Source: Tubiluchus corallicola (lineage: Eukaryota > Animalia > Priapulida). Taken from it: a DNA stretch of 64,000 bases. Positions 44,355 through 59,300 of the stretch are shown here, piece after piece (within the stretch, counting starts at the first letter, position 1; each line of letters starts with the position of its first letter). The stretch is taken from the NCBI GenBank assembly GCA_030141605.1, contig JAQGDQ010000003.1, positions 1,798,001-1,862,000 of the forward strand, written 5' to 3'. Position numbers and translations under genes: made by a program. The notes beneath the pieces are model-generated. The model did not search any database and had not been told where the DNA came from. It saw only the letters and a program-made list of their open reading frames with translations.

Positions 44355-47300
44355 CTAGTACATACAGTTTCTATGTTTTTGTAAACTTCTGGGCAAAGAT
44401 GGTGGACTGTGCGAACCTCGAAATGTATGCCCATTAAACTTCACCATAGTTTCTGGAGTATCCGATAGCAAGTCTGCTGTCACCATCACATCATCTAAAC
44501 TAGGCTTGGGCATGCTTTTAGTCTCTGATATTTGCAATTTGGACGTGTGTTTTCGCTTGTGGTGTTTTATGAGATGGAAAGTGAGCATTCCAAGTAGCAG
44601 CACAACACCGACAGCTATGCTCAAAAGGAAGTAAAGAAGAAATTTGTCCTTGTTGTCTGAAAAACAACCACAAAATGATATGTTCATTATTGTGCAAGAA
44701 TACTTGGATAATCTTGCAAACTTCTTTGACAAATAGTCTGCTTTTTCACAAAACTCCTTTATTTAAAGCCTCAACACTCAGAACATATTCTGAGTTCTTG
44801 CAAACTTCTTTCACAAATAGCCTGCGTTTTCACAAAATTCCTTTATTTAAAGGCTCAACACTCAGAACATATGTTCCTTTTGTAAATTGCAAGGGCAAGT
44901 GGCAATTTTTACAGTTGCATTTGTCAGTCCACAAGCAAAACCATCTATTGAAATTTGAACATTATAGTGCTGTGATTTTAATTTTATATTTACAGCTGTA
45001 ATTTTTTAAGAAAGGTGCATTGATGCATTTTCACAAAACAGTGAAACTGCTGCAATTTCATCAAGATTTACGTTCTTCAAAAAATAGACCAAATTTCATC
45101 CACTCCAACATCATGAATCGCACATCTTTAATCGAAGATTTCTCTAGCAGCACGAGGAAAGCAGAGTTAATTATACATAAAAATGGAAGTGTCGATAGTA
45201 TAGGCCTATATTAAGATCACATAACTAGATTGGTGAGTAGGTACTCAAATGAAGATTGCTACTTTATATTATTATAGTCTACCATTAATTACAGATACAT
45301 ATAGGTCTACTGACCTTTTATATAATGTACAGCCATGACACAATCTGCCAGAAGCTGCATAACTTTGCCATTAGTTTGGAATGTTTGACTGTCTGTAGCT
45401 GAAGTGGATGGAAGCTCATCCATTGGAATAAATTCTTTATTATGACTGTCTTCTGAGTAATCCACTTCACTGACATACACAGTTTTCTCACCTGAAAAAG
45501 TGATAGTTACTGTTCAAATTGATGCTCAGGATCTTTTAAAGGAATTGTCTCATTTTTATTTAAAGTTGTCAAAATGGCACTAACAAAATTGACAGTGTGA
45601 ACTGTCAGAAGAAATTTCCATAGAACTCACTGTGCTGTGTACTCATAGCAAAAATAAAAAAGAGTTTAGTTTTAGTGAAAAAAGCCTTGGCATTTGGACA
45701 TCTATGTGAAGGAGTAATTGTATATACTTTGATCTCCAGAACATCTCTTTTTGTAAGTGTTTAACACTTCGATTATTGCTGAGGTTATCTTGGAGCTGAT
45801 CGAGGATCAAATAAAAATTTAGAACTTATTGATGATGAACAAAAACGTTTATTTCGGCAGTCAACACAAAGAAGCAAGTAAACAAAGAAAAGCACATTGA
45901 ATCAAATAACCCCGATCTGCCGTGAGTGTGTGTGTTATCTCCTAACCTCAGCGCAGAGTGCCCACAAACAATGCCGTTGCGCACGCAGCCAATACAGAGA
46001 AGAATTGCACGCTGGTGCCATCATCCAGATAGCACACTAAACTCACGGCAGTTACACTTGTATTTATACTTTTCGTAAGTATTTACAATTGATATGCAAC
46101 TCATTGAAATTTTGTTCTTCAGATTTTTATGTAAAAATTTTTATGAAGTATGCACTTAGCCATTACGTGGTCAGATATCTAAGCAGGCTCAAATCAAAGT
46201 TGCATACATGGGTGTACTTTGGAGACGGTACCATTAGCAGACTTTGAGAAAAGCTTGTAAAACTGTTTTTAGAATTTTGTGAACAAAAATTGTACATGCA
46301 TTTCAAGCTGCATACTCCAAGGAACTAATCTAAAAGTAGAAGAAAAACATTAACCAGGAATGGGTGTTGGCAAATTTAAATATATAAGCACTTGGTTATC
46401 AAAAAAACCCCACCACAAAACACAAAAAAACAAACAAAACAAAACATTAAAGTCTCGGTTCGCGGTGCAGTACAATGTTCATTATCAATAACCTCAGCTT
46501 GGTACATTTAGTTTGATCTTATACCTCTTGTATTTGGACGTCTGCTTTTATTTTTTGGAGCTGCATCAGAATTAACTGTTGATGGACTAGGTATGTAGCT
46601 TGGTTGTCCTTCCAGCATTGAATTTCCTGTATCGTCATCCTGCTGATAAATGCGCTTCAAAATTCTTTTGGGAACTGAAAATAAAAAATTTAAATTTAGG
46701 CCTATCTAATAAACTTGCAACAGTTGGTAGGCCACTAGACTGGTCAATTTAAAAGATATTTTTTGCCAAAATCATTATTGAACCACAGCATCTCTAACGA
46801 TACTGCAGTAAATTAAGGTAATAACAAATATTATTCTTTTTATCCTGCATTTGCACATTATTCCCAATTATTTTTATTAGATTAGCCTGAATGTAGCTTT
46901 TGTCCAAAGTTAACAATATCAATGATTAATTTTGAAGTAGGGTATATAGCAAAATCAGAGCAATAAGTTTCTAAGCCCAAAATTAGTATTTAAAACTAAT
47001 TACTGGCCAACGAAACCTTATAACGGTTTAAATACATTAAATTTTATTTACCACATGAATATACAATGGTGAGGTATCTGCTCATGCCGTCAGGACAGGT
47101 ATCATCAAAACGCACAGGATCCGCCAATACAGAGCATTGTTTTCGTCCGTGACAATCACGCATTACAATCTCCAGGGAATAACTCGATTGACATTCTACA
47201 ATAAAGCAATATTAATTATTATCACATTAATTAGCTATAACTGCAATTAAATTTTAGAAAGATCCTCATTAATATGCATCAATTTACTTCATCATGCGCT

Positions 47301-50300
47301 ACACGTTGATATGCAGTTCCCGTAAAAATGTAGTATTTAGTATTAACTCGGTTGTGATTATACGTACCGTATTTTCCCATGTATAAGAGACCCTTTTTTG
47401 CTCAGAATTTTCACTTTAAAAATAGGGGGTCTCTTATACATGGGAGTAAGCCAACCCTAGGAGAAGTCTGCAGATGGGTCCTCAAGGCATGGAATGGTGT
47501 AAAGCCAAAGGTCATTATTAAATCTTTCAAGAAGTGTGGCATCTCCAATGCCATGGACGGCACAGAGGACAATGCCATTTTTGAGCAGAGTGACTCCTCT
47601 GATGATGAACTGGCTGGAATTGCTGAAGGTCTGACTCCAGTTGATATTTTTGATGAGAGTGATGAGGAATTTAATGATTTCTATGATGAATAAAGTTATT
47701 CATTACCAAAAAACTTTTTTCCAGAATTTTTGCCTAAAAATTGAAGGGGTCTCTTATACACAAGGGTCTCTTATACATGGGAAAATACGGTAATTAATTT
47801 TGCTGTGGTTCGTTGTTACCTCCAACATGCTTCAAACGCCTTTTATTTGTCACTGTCCATGCTACGCAAAAACTCTTAATTTTGAAGAAACTTTGTGGAG
47901 AGTAGGCCATTGCGCAAGAAAGAATCTATTAAGCGGGGGGGGGTCGATATCTTGCTCGATATCTTGGTGCCGATTTTAGGTTAAAAACCGCCGTAGTGAC
48001 TACGAATTAGTTCGAGGTTCCAAATTTACCAACGCTATGTATCATTAGATTATATAGGTCTATTATATATGTTACATATATAATTATATCTTATATCTGT
48101 TCGCTTGTTACCATCGCAAAAGGATCGAAAAATACAAAGGTAAATAGGCACCACGCACTATGTTGGACGTTCGCGCATTTGTGATTATATTCTTTTTAGT
48201 TATGGGCCTTCGAGAAGGTCTTCGATTGCAACGTAATGCTGTAATTAATGTAATTAATAAACCATGTATTAAATACGTACAGCTAGAATAGTAAAAATTG
48301 TCGCACGTACTGTTTCACGCAAGACGAAATTAACAAATGGGTGTAATTAATTGTATCATTTTTGGAAAGGATTTTTTTATAATTAAAATTAAAGGAGTTA
48401 AAGATAATTTCCCACGACCGGCAAATTAATGAAGTGGAATGACTTCAATGTCGCCGGTTTTTCCAGCCGTTTTTCAAATCATAACGGGTTTCAAGGCAGA
48501 CGACTAAATCAACAAATTCAGTGTTTAATGTCTCTGGTAAGTGAAATCAAGAATTTCTCAGCTATAAACTTTCACTATTAAATTGGTGGTTTATTTGCTT
48601 TAGGAGTTTTGGGAGCGTTCCACTTGATCTGTTTCGTTGAATGTCACAGTGCAAGAGAGTTATGGGTAAAATTTCAGCCATTGCCAATAATATATCTATT
48701 AAATATTACAGAAACGAACAGGATTCGAATGAAGCAAAAAACTTTACATTCAGGCCATTTCGATTAAAATGTTCTCCCAATTACGAGCCGTATTGTTTAA
48801 ATGCAAATTTAATGCGCGGGTGTAATTGAAAATTTATCTAAAATTTCAGCTTCAGTGCACGCGAGCCGCAGGAACCTTTATGCAAACTAACCACGTGGAC
48901 ACTGCTCAACCCATAAAATATGTATATTACAGATAGTTTATGCAAAACGTGAATTTTTATGTAGGCCATAAGGCAGTAAATATATTATAGTTATTGTAGT
49001 GGGTGCAGCGTGCAACAATACTAGCTTGCTCAAAGATCCAAAATGATTACTACGCAAAACATACCACAGAATGTGAGTCTTTGTTTTAAGAATTAATTTC
49101 ATTCCGTGGCCAACTGTGCAGCGATTATTTAAGCGAGAAACTCAACAACGAATACACGAATCCACTTATCCCGTCTTCCATTAAATTTTTGTTTTGCACA
49201 GTAGCAAAGCCACACTGTTCTGTGACAATGGAATCGGAAAAATCTTATGCACAGAATGGCCATGTTTATTTAGGCAAAGTAACCACCGTATGTACAGTTT
49301 CAGCTCTTGTTTGGACACTTTAGCCAACTTTAAGACTTCCATGTCATAACAAAAAGGGATATATGATAGCCAACACACATGTCTATTGGTTTTTAGCATC
49401 ATTCATCTCATGATGCATTTTACAGCCACCAAGCAGGTGAGCAAAGACACATGGCTCTAAATTATAATCTCTTTTCCATCTGCATAATGATGACAGGAAG
49501 TCCAATTTGATGCTATTCTGCCTTTAAAAACGTTGCCAATTAACATGGGCGACAAGTAAAAGCAAAAAATCAAAGTATCTCAGCACTGAGGGATGCTTTG
49601 TTTTAGAGATTGTCAAAACTGGCGCCGTTTACTGAACCTATTTTAATAAAGGTTCTGTTGTATGGCTAATAACAGATTCAGATTAAAGCCTAGTCAGACT
49701 AAGCTATGGATAGGCCATCAAATTAAACAACATGTGAGATAAGCCAGAAGAAGCAAGGTATGAGGTTAAGCAAAGTCAGAAAAACTCGTTGGATTCAATT
49801 CAATTCAAATTCTAGCAAAATGCGTTAGATTGGACTGAATTGGAATTGACTGGACGAACAAATGTGACTACTTTTTACTTGTGTCAGTCGGCACAGTAAA
49901 GATTTACATAAATTGACTGCATTCACTGACATATCAAATTATACAGTAATTTGCATGATTACCTAAGTCTGGGGTTAAGCTGCTGTCGAAACATTCTGGC
50001 GTGCCACCTGGCGAGTGTCCAAATGAAGCTGTAAATATTGCGACTCGATTGCTCGGCCGGCAGTTCAGTTCAGCCTGCCCACCTTCACAGGCAATCGCTG
50101 TGAAAAACTTACCTGAAAAAAACAAATAATAATGTAGGCCTGCAAGTACGAGACTGCATATACATCCCACCCCGCAACTTTGATTTGTTTCCTTTCCCTA
50201 TGTATTTTGAGAAAAGCTGGCGTATTAATTTTTGTTGTGTCTCTTGTCTCAGAGTAGATGGCTAAAGTGTACATCTAGAACGCAACAAGTGAGTGACATT

Positions 50301-53300
50301 ATTTAGGATGCAATCACAGGAAGCCACGACTTCGACATTGGTGATGTTAATGGTTGCTGGCTTCTATCACTTGTGCATATCCCTTTGTGCACAAGCATCT
50401 GCAGAAGAGCAAGGAGTCACTTGGCAAGGCGTTTCCGCAGTATTGTATACCTAAAATAATAGTTGTTTGAGAACTGTGAATTGTTCAAAGCTAATGCAGA
50501 CAGTTAGCTGGTTTTCTGCTCTCTTATTTACACTAGTATGGATGTAACAATGAATACACCTTTATACCTCGTTTTCTTCCTGTCCAGCCCATTTTCTTCC
50601 TGTTACTTTATACTTATTCATTAGCAGTTTACCTTACAAAATTTAAAATATATATATATGTACCTGGTTTGCATTTGTGTGAAACGGAGAGGTGTTTTGT
50701 AGTTCCTGGACAGGGATTCATTCCCATTGAACTTGGAGATACTGGAATCCGACAAGTTTGCTTATCTTGGCATAAGTTTACGATTTTCTGAATAAGCAAA
50801 ATAAGCTGTGCTTAAAAATTAAAAATTAAACTAGATCAATTTAGATTAAACTAGATTTTTGCGGCATAAAATAATTGGCCTTAATTTTTTGCTTAAAAAG
50901 TAGCAACATTATCATAATAATTGGATGACTTAAGCAAGAATATTCACTTGCGCGCGCTTTTACAAACATAGTACGTCGGCAAAAATAGTTTTTAAACGAC
51001 ATTGATTTAGTAAGCTAAAGATAAAAGATAAAGATGTCAAAGTCTTGTTTTTGTAAATATTATAGCTGTTGTTTTTATGTACACTGACGTAAATTAGTAC
51101 TTTTTAGTACATCTAAGCACTGCAAGATTCATGCAGAAGTGGAAATAAAGAAATTCCGCGCACCTAACTCAATAGTTTCGTTTAGCCACGGTCAATATGG
51201 TCAAGAGGAGACAGAACAAGGCCCCATAGTTCAGCTGTTACCTTGCTCACGGCCAATATAATCATGAGGACGGAAAACACGGTCCCATAGTTCTGTAGTC
51301 CTCTTGAATACAGTCAGTATGGTCACGACAATTGAGAGTACGGTCCCTATCTCAGTAGTTCTCCTTTTCCATGGTCAATATTGTCAAGAGGAAGGAGAAT
51401 ATAGTCCCTAATTCAATGGTTACTCTTGACTACGATCACTTGGTCAAAGGGAAAAAGAACGCTGTCAATGTGAGCAAGAAAAGCTGAAGTCTCTAACGCA
51501 ATATTTATGAAAGATGAAGCCATAACGATCTAAAAATCTTATGCGCAGTATGCAGCTTGACAAATGGTCCGTATCTTGTTTTCAACCCGCGCAACAAATT
51601 GAGGTTCGTGCCAGTCCGGAAAAGTTAGACGTTGCTTATTTTGCGTACAAGATCCAGCCCACTCCTTGAAAACAAGATAAGCATGGGCTACCATGCAATG
51701 GCTTCATTTCAAGTGCTTCCCCTCGCACTGATTACTCAAATCTCTCAAGAAGTTGGCACGTGGGTGTTATTTGACTCGACGGCAGCTGCTGCTTTTGGTT
51801 TTACGAGTTAAGCCAAAGTAATTGCTTCTCACTGTTAAATACTAAGAGTGTGAGAAGTTCACTAAACTATTAAATGATGTGATCACAACTTAATTGAAAA
51901 CGAAAGTGGACAAGTCCAACTTTCATTCCAGGAAAATTTCCCTCTGTGCAAAGATAAGGAAGTGACTTCTCTGTTTATTCCCCGAACTCTGGTGTCTTTT
52001 CAGCGATGTACAGCATATCAGTAAATATGTCTCAGCTCCCCCATTCGCACGCATAACGAGAGTAACTTTGTAAATTACCGTTTATGTGATTTTGTATCCA
52101 GAAGCACTTAGGTCTTCTAAGGACCACGTTAATTAATCCTATTTCACCAAATATGTTTTTAGGAAGTTTGAGCCCTGCTTTATAAAGCTTTAGAATTATT
52201 TTTGTCTATTCACAGTCAAACAGTTCTATCCTCTCCTAGTAACTATAATTGTAAGTAGGTAGTATTTGGCAAAAAATTGTTTTTTCACTACGGTTGTGTT
52301 GAAATATGTGGCGATTTGGTTTGCAATAAATAGTAAATTAGTGGTATTACATAAAAAATATTTTTATTGACAAACAAATATCTCTTTTAGTTTATTTAAA
52401 TAATTTGCGATAAGTTTACTACGTCCGCTAGCCACATCACGAGTAAAAAACATTCAAGACGGGTGCAGGCAAGTTAGAGAGTGGTTCCATGTGACGGAGG
52501 CCCTATAATTTCATTAGCCTAGAGGAACCAAAAAGTCATAATCCGGCCATGCTTGTAAGCTTGGGTAATACATATGAATGAAACAACAGAACTGCAAGAC
52601 CAACAAAATAGTTGCTCATCAACGAAGTGACTGCAAATCAGAGTAATTACTGCGCTAGAGTACTAAATCTACACCACATAAGTTGACAACGTGTCACAAG
52701 ACTCACAACTCCCAACACATAACATTGCTGCAGTTGTACGGCTTTACGGCAATCATCAATTCAACAAAAGCATTTGTCTATTATATCTACTGAATCTGAA
52801 ATAAGCAAGATTTAAACTTACATAAAATCTTAAAGAGTTGCGAAGAAAAACAACAAAACGCTTTCGCAATAAAAGACAATGATAAAATTGGTAAAATATT
52901 ACACGTATATTAAATACCCACTATATAATAAATTTTGATACATTTTCATTGGGAAAATTCAGTGTTTAATCACATTTTTAATTTAGTTTATAATCATCGA
53001 CTAAGTTTGTAACCATTCTAACGATCAAATGTTGTTTGCAATTTGGTTGATTGACTTCACATGCATTATTTAAATATATATTTCGGCTATTTTTTAATCC
53101 TACCATATAGATATAACAATAAACTTTATATCTCTAAGAGTATAATAGTTTTGGCTGTAAACCTACGCCTTCAATGTTGTTTCAAATTGGGCCGGTCAGA
53201 TCCTAAGGCGCATATTTTGCAGAGATTGACTAAAAACACAAGAAAACCCTCCACTTACATAAAGCTTAAAAAATTCAACTCGAAATTTTATACCACTTAC

Positions 53301-56300
53301 ATACTACCTTTTCGTATGCATGGCTTGCATCGGCCGTAACGCTATATATTAAACTCTGGCGATGACCGTTAGGCGCAGCCATTTTAATGGTAGGTCGTTT
53401 GAAACAAGTTTTGATAACATTAAGTAAAGTTTGAATTAATAATCAGAGCATTCGCAGCATACATGTTGTTAATTAAGTAAAATTTTAAATTACTGTATCT
53501 TGTCAATAAGATTAAAAATAAGATTTTTGGCTAGTGAGTGGCGCACCCTGGAGGGTGAGTCAGCGACATTTTACCATTTGGCACAAACATTTTTTTAAAA
53601 TATTAGTCTAGTTACATAAGTCTTTCCAGCAGGTAAGTGAAATGCTAAGTAATATAGATTTGCACTGAAAGTTTTTTGGGTCATAATTTAACATTGCCTT
53701 TTCTTCCCCTGATTTACGTGGCGTAGTAACCTCACGTAGTGGCGCCGTCGGAGCAGTATTGCAAGAGATTTAAAACGAAAACAAACGAAAATTCCTTTCA
53801 ACGCGAATAGGATATGTGCATAAAATTGCTGTAAAGTAGTACAATTTTTATGGTGATTTTTCTGAAACCTACTTCAGGTGCCCTTTTTCTTGTCCTTTAA
53901 CTTGTCTGTAGTATCAGAAGGTGATTGTTTTTTTTAAATTGAATTCCAACTCCTAACTATGCTAAGCAGTTAGTATAGCGCAGTGCAGTACACTACACTA
54001 TAGTAACTCATACTATACTAACTCCAGGCTAATTTACAAGCCAATAAAGCGAGCAACTATAAATTTGCGAAATAATGCCGGCACGTTACGTCTGTAGTAA
54101 AATCTGATTTAACAACATAAAAATAATCTGTGTAAATCTTAGTAACGTCGTGATTTTATTGCTTGCATTAATGTTGCACGCAAAAAGACAAGTACTAATT
54201 ATCGAGTATATAAGTTCAAACTGGAAATAGCATGCAAGATGCTACGACTGATCAACCGATTGATTTTTAAAATAAACGAGTGAGATACACAAACAGTATG
54301 ATTAACTAATGATTAAGCGTACCTGTCTGCTTGTAGTATGTGAAAATGTAAATGCGAAAAATAAATTGTTTTTCTTATAGTTAACGACAGACATTGCCAA
54401 ACAGTAGGGTGAAAAAAGAGGTTGTAAGAAGCAAGGAAAACTGAAAATGATTTATAAATGTTGGCGACATTTAATTTTTCACATTCTTCACATGTAAAAA
54501 ATATTTTGGGAGTCATGTGTCTACAGACATACGGGACCGATTTCTTCCAACCACAGGGTAGAGAACACGATGTTTACACTCTGGTTGGCAAAACCCCACA
54601 GTATATGTATTCTGCATCTATTTTACAAATCGAAGTTAAACTCACGGAAAAATTTTCCTCAACCAGTCAAAAAATAACAACTACTAGAATAAGTAAACAA
54701 CATTCGCGCACATTATTATTATCTACACTGGGTTTCGTTAAAAAACGGGCAGTGAAACCAAACGATTGATTAACTGACTTATTAACTGACTGACTGACTG
54801 ACTGACTGACCGACCGATTAACTCACTAAATGAATAAATAAATTAATTAATTAATAGTGCTGACTGAGACTCTGAGCAAAATTATTTTTGACGAATGCCA
54901 AAGAGATTAAGGTTGAACTTCGGAATATGCCCTACATGGACTAACAATTACTACAAGGTTCATAAATGCATACAAAACATTAATAAGTCATACCGATAGT
55001 GATACTAACTCATACTGTTATTGCTGCTCTTATATAATACAGTGGTTATGCTGATCAAAATTCTCTATGAGCTGTCTAAATGGGATAAGAAGGAACTGAA
55101 TAAATTAGAAAGTTTAACACCTATAGGCCAAAGAAACCTAACTTCGCTGCAATCAACGTTGAGTTTTATTCCTAATTTTCTCAGGCAAACTATTGGTTTT
55201 CAACAAATAATATCATAACGAACAGCAAAATTTTGTCGCCTAATTTCAAACCTGTAAAAATCAAATTAGCTTATTGTGCCGCCGCCGAGAAAATTTATGG
55301 ATTTTTAGTTTCCACCACAGTCATTGCCAGTATAAATGACACGTTTCTGCCTCAGTAATGTGAGGCGTTTCCAGTAATTTAAGCGAAAATTAGCCAGGAA
55401 ACTAAAATATCGAGTCAACGTAATGTTAACCATGTCTGGCTGGAAATCATTTCAATGAAACGAAATCAAGTTAGTGGAAATCACTATAACTTACTGAGTA
55501 TATAATGTATTAGAAATAGACTATCATCAACCTCGAAAGGCACACCAGTATCCGCATAGAGTGGGAATGAAAGACAAGGCGATTTGGAGAAGAATTTTCC
55601 TAATCAAATGCTTCAAGAAAGCTTGAAGGAAAGGCACGCCATTTAGCATGTTGGGTTTATCTTACTGCTGTCAATTAATTTAAAAAAAAGCAATGAAATT
55701 TGCAAAAAACTGGCTATAAAGCATAAAGTTGATATACTACCACAGTAAAATTTTTACGCCGCAATTCAATTAAAAATCGTGACGCAACTGGTGACTTCGT
55801 GACTTTTCGTAAGGGCATCGTGGATTTCCGCAAACGCGCGTTGCTAATTGAAACTTCTGCAGGGTACTTAAATAACCTAATGTTCATGACAATACATCAC
55901 ATAATTAGTTATCTAATTTTTTTCTAAAAAGTTATTGTATTTTGACGAAAATTGATAGTGCACTGTTTTTCTTCAGCTAGCGAATGACGCCATTAGTGGA
56001 AAAGCGGGCATTCAAAGTGAGAGCATCCAAGAGTGAAACCAACGCCAGTTTAAACAAACACTCATCCATTTTCATTTAAAGGATGACTTTTATTTCTAAA
56101 TATTTGTAACATTCTTCGCAGACATGAAATAACCAGAATCTCCAGAAGGCTTGTCCTTTCCTTTAGTCATAATAATTATTTAAAAAAAGGCTGCCCAAAA
56201 TTTGTACCTGATTTGCCACGCATAGGTCTAAGCATGTTATCGAACGCAAGTAGTAGAAAAACTTTTGACTGACTGCCTGACTGACCGACCCATTGACTAT

Positions 56301-59300
56301 AAATTCGTAAAAATTTATAAAGAAGAAGTCAAATAAGAGCTAACCTAGCTATTGTTTTACTAATTGAACTGCGCAACACGTTTTTGATTTTGATGAAAAG
56401 GGATTGTTCTTGAGTGTCGTAATAAAACTGAAAGGTATTTTTAGCTAGTAATCTAATAGATAGCTAGATCCTAGTTCCAGAAAGAAAAGACAAGGAAGGA
56501 CAAGACAAGACACGACAACAGAAGACAAGGCAAGGCAAGGCAAGACAAGACAAGACAAGACAAGAGACGATAAGATAAAATTTATTTAAAGTCGATCATT
56601 TACATAGACAACATGAGCTGTTAGCTCTTTACCAAATATAATATATTATATATATGTAAAGAGTAATTTGTTATAATATAATTACTCTTTAACCTAAAAC
56701 TTATCAAATCAAAAGCCTAAACTAGCGTAAAATTACATGCAAACAGTAGAAACTAAGTAAGGCAAAAGCGTTAGAAATTTCATTTTCTTTACAAAAAAAT
56801 TATTACATTTAGTACAGTATTATAAGATTATAAGATTTCAGCTTAAAACCAAAATTAATTTAACTTTAAGTGATTTTCGAACGCCTTGCTCCTGTTACTG
56901 GACAATTACGTTAATACGTTTAATGACGGAAAAACCTAAAATTATTGAATTAGTTAAATCAATATTGACCGAAAGGCGGGGAATTTGAACAAGTCGAAAA
57001 ACGAGCCTGGATTTCGACTACGGGACTTTTGAATACAAGTCCAACGTCATGACCTCTAGGTTACATAGTCCCTTGTCAACAATATAGATTTTAATATCAT
57101 ACAACCAATCAGCAGATTAAAGTTCATTAGAATTGTGCGCCAAAATTCCAGTTTATTCGCTAACAGTGACGTCATGTGGACTCAGTTAAAGCTTATTTAC
57201 CAGGGCTGAAGTTATTTTAGACGCATGTTTGATTCTTATCCAGCTGATTAACATAGAGACGTTACTCAACAACTCGTAAGCTGCATGTTTAGGCAACAAT
57301 TCTTCTCTGCATGAATTCCCTGGCTTCCTATATAAGCAAAGAGAAATGCTGTGCAGACGGACGATGTTTAATCTCCAGTACTGACTTTTCATGCGAAACA
57401 CTATACACGGGGCTGGGATTGTTTATTTTCTAAACCATTGCAGGAGCCAAAATTGTAAAACACTATTGGCGATCAAAGCCAGGCAAAAATCTTACATAAG
57501 AATTCTTTAGTTACGTTCTAAAAGATGTACGTGATAAATGATTGTCAATCTGTCACTGGATTTACCGTTTCATTATTTTTTTGCTTTAAGGTAAGTAAAC
57601 GAAAACAATTAATCATAGTAACATCAGCCTCGTGATTGTGTCATTAATAACTTGTTTAGACTGCGCATCGCAAAATGGGCTAGCTACTTTTATGAAATAT
57701 TGTAACGTTTCTTTACAGCTTCGTGATCGAGAAGTCGCAGACGTACTAAAATTTTTGTCGTATAATTGCGTTATTCAATTACGTGGTTTCTCGTATTGGC
57801 AATAAAATTAACGTATGAATTGCCAGTTATTACAGTTAATGTGGTCACTTAGCTTAAATTGAATACCCCTTACGTCATTCAGCAATGTTTCGCCTTAAAA
57901 ATTCTTAAAAGACACTTTTCTCGTTTAATTGTTACAGAAGAAAGGGTTAACATGTTAACATAACTGATCTCATATTTTAGCTGCGTTTTAAACGTTGAGA
58001 GACGACAAACAAATCCAAAGGCAAATCCCGCCAAGTTGAAGATCGAAATTAATTATGACTCATTATGCATATATGCTTTTACAACAGCTGTATAATATTA
58101 ATAGTCCTATAGAATGTTATTAGCGAAAGTAAGAACAAGCCAAGATGTTAGATGTGTTAAACCAGGAAGAAAACCATCATTAGACAAGCCAAGATGTTAG
58201 TTGTGTTAAACCAGGAAGAAAACCATCATTAGACAGATGTTAGTGATGTCATTATGTCATATTTGAAATACATTTAACAAGCCTGATTTATGCTATAACA
58301 GAAAAATCCGAACAATAAAAATGTAAACGTGCTAGCCTCGGATTTTCACCTATAAAGCGTTGTACAGGCATTAGTTTGCAATATTTGCTTACCCTTTTTC
58401 AAATTTTTAACAAATTTTGATGATTAATATAAGTGATAGTTACAGTAAACGAGGCCTTCACAAGCACTACAGAATATTATAGAGACACATAATATTATAC
58501 ATCTACTCTTTGCAACTGCGAGATTTGAATCCAATAAAGACCCTGGGGATCAGTAATTGTTACAAATTACATGATTCTCAAATAAGTTATAGACAAGCTT
58601 ATTAGTAATATACAGCAATCATCCACAAAATTTCAGAAACAGCTTCATTTATTCAAACAGGACTGATTTATTTACTTGGCTAATTTGTTAATGTGGAAAA
58701 GCCACAAGCAGGCATGCAGAACATATTTCAGCCATCCTACCTGATAGATAACAAGATCAGCAAAGTTCTGCAGCCCCTGCACAAATCATAAATAAAATGA
58801 AATTGAAATTATAACTTAACTGCAACGCCCAAAATGGCAAACATTGCATTCGGCAAAATGCTGAAATCAAATAACGTAATGAAAAGCGTTATACATGTTG
58901 CCTAGTACAGCATGTAACGAACGGAACAGAATAAACAATGTTACTGAAATAATGAATAGAGCAAAATATTTGTTTGCAGCCTTGGATAATAAAAGTTGCA
59001 TTATTTTGCATGAGCAAGTTATCAAATTAAGTAATACTTTACAAGTTTACGAAAGTCTTATATATTAAAATAGATACTAAAATAGTCTAATATTGTAATA
59101 ATAGATGGGTTGATTAAAAAAGATGCAGGTCTATTATTAATCCGGTAACGAGTACTACGTACACGTAAATATACTGATACACGTATTCCCAAACGAGTGT
59201 AGCACCCACGATAATATTGTCTGCTAAAATTCTGTATATTTCTAGTTGGTTATATGTAATATATTATGGCGTAAAAACCTTAAAACCGTAAATTAAACAA

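Noticed and set aside
51187-51460. CRISPR-like array
   Set aside because: Eukaryotic locus, whole units are homologous, and there are no unique spacers or cas genes.
57004-57072. tRNA gene on the minus strand
   Set aside because: A-box-like start but degenerate B box and no proper cloverleaf. At most a decayed SINE head.
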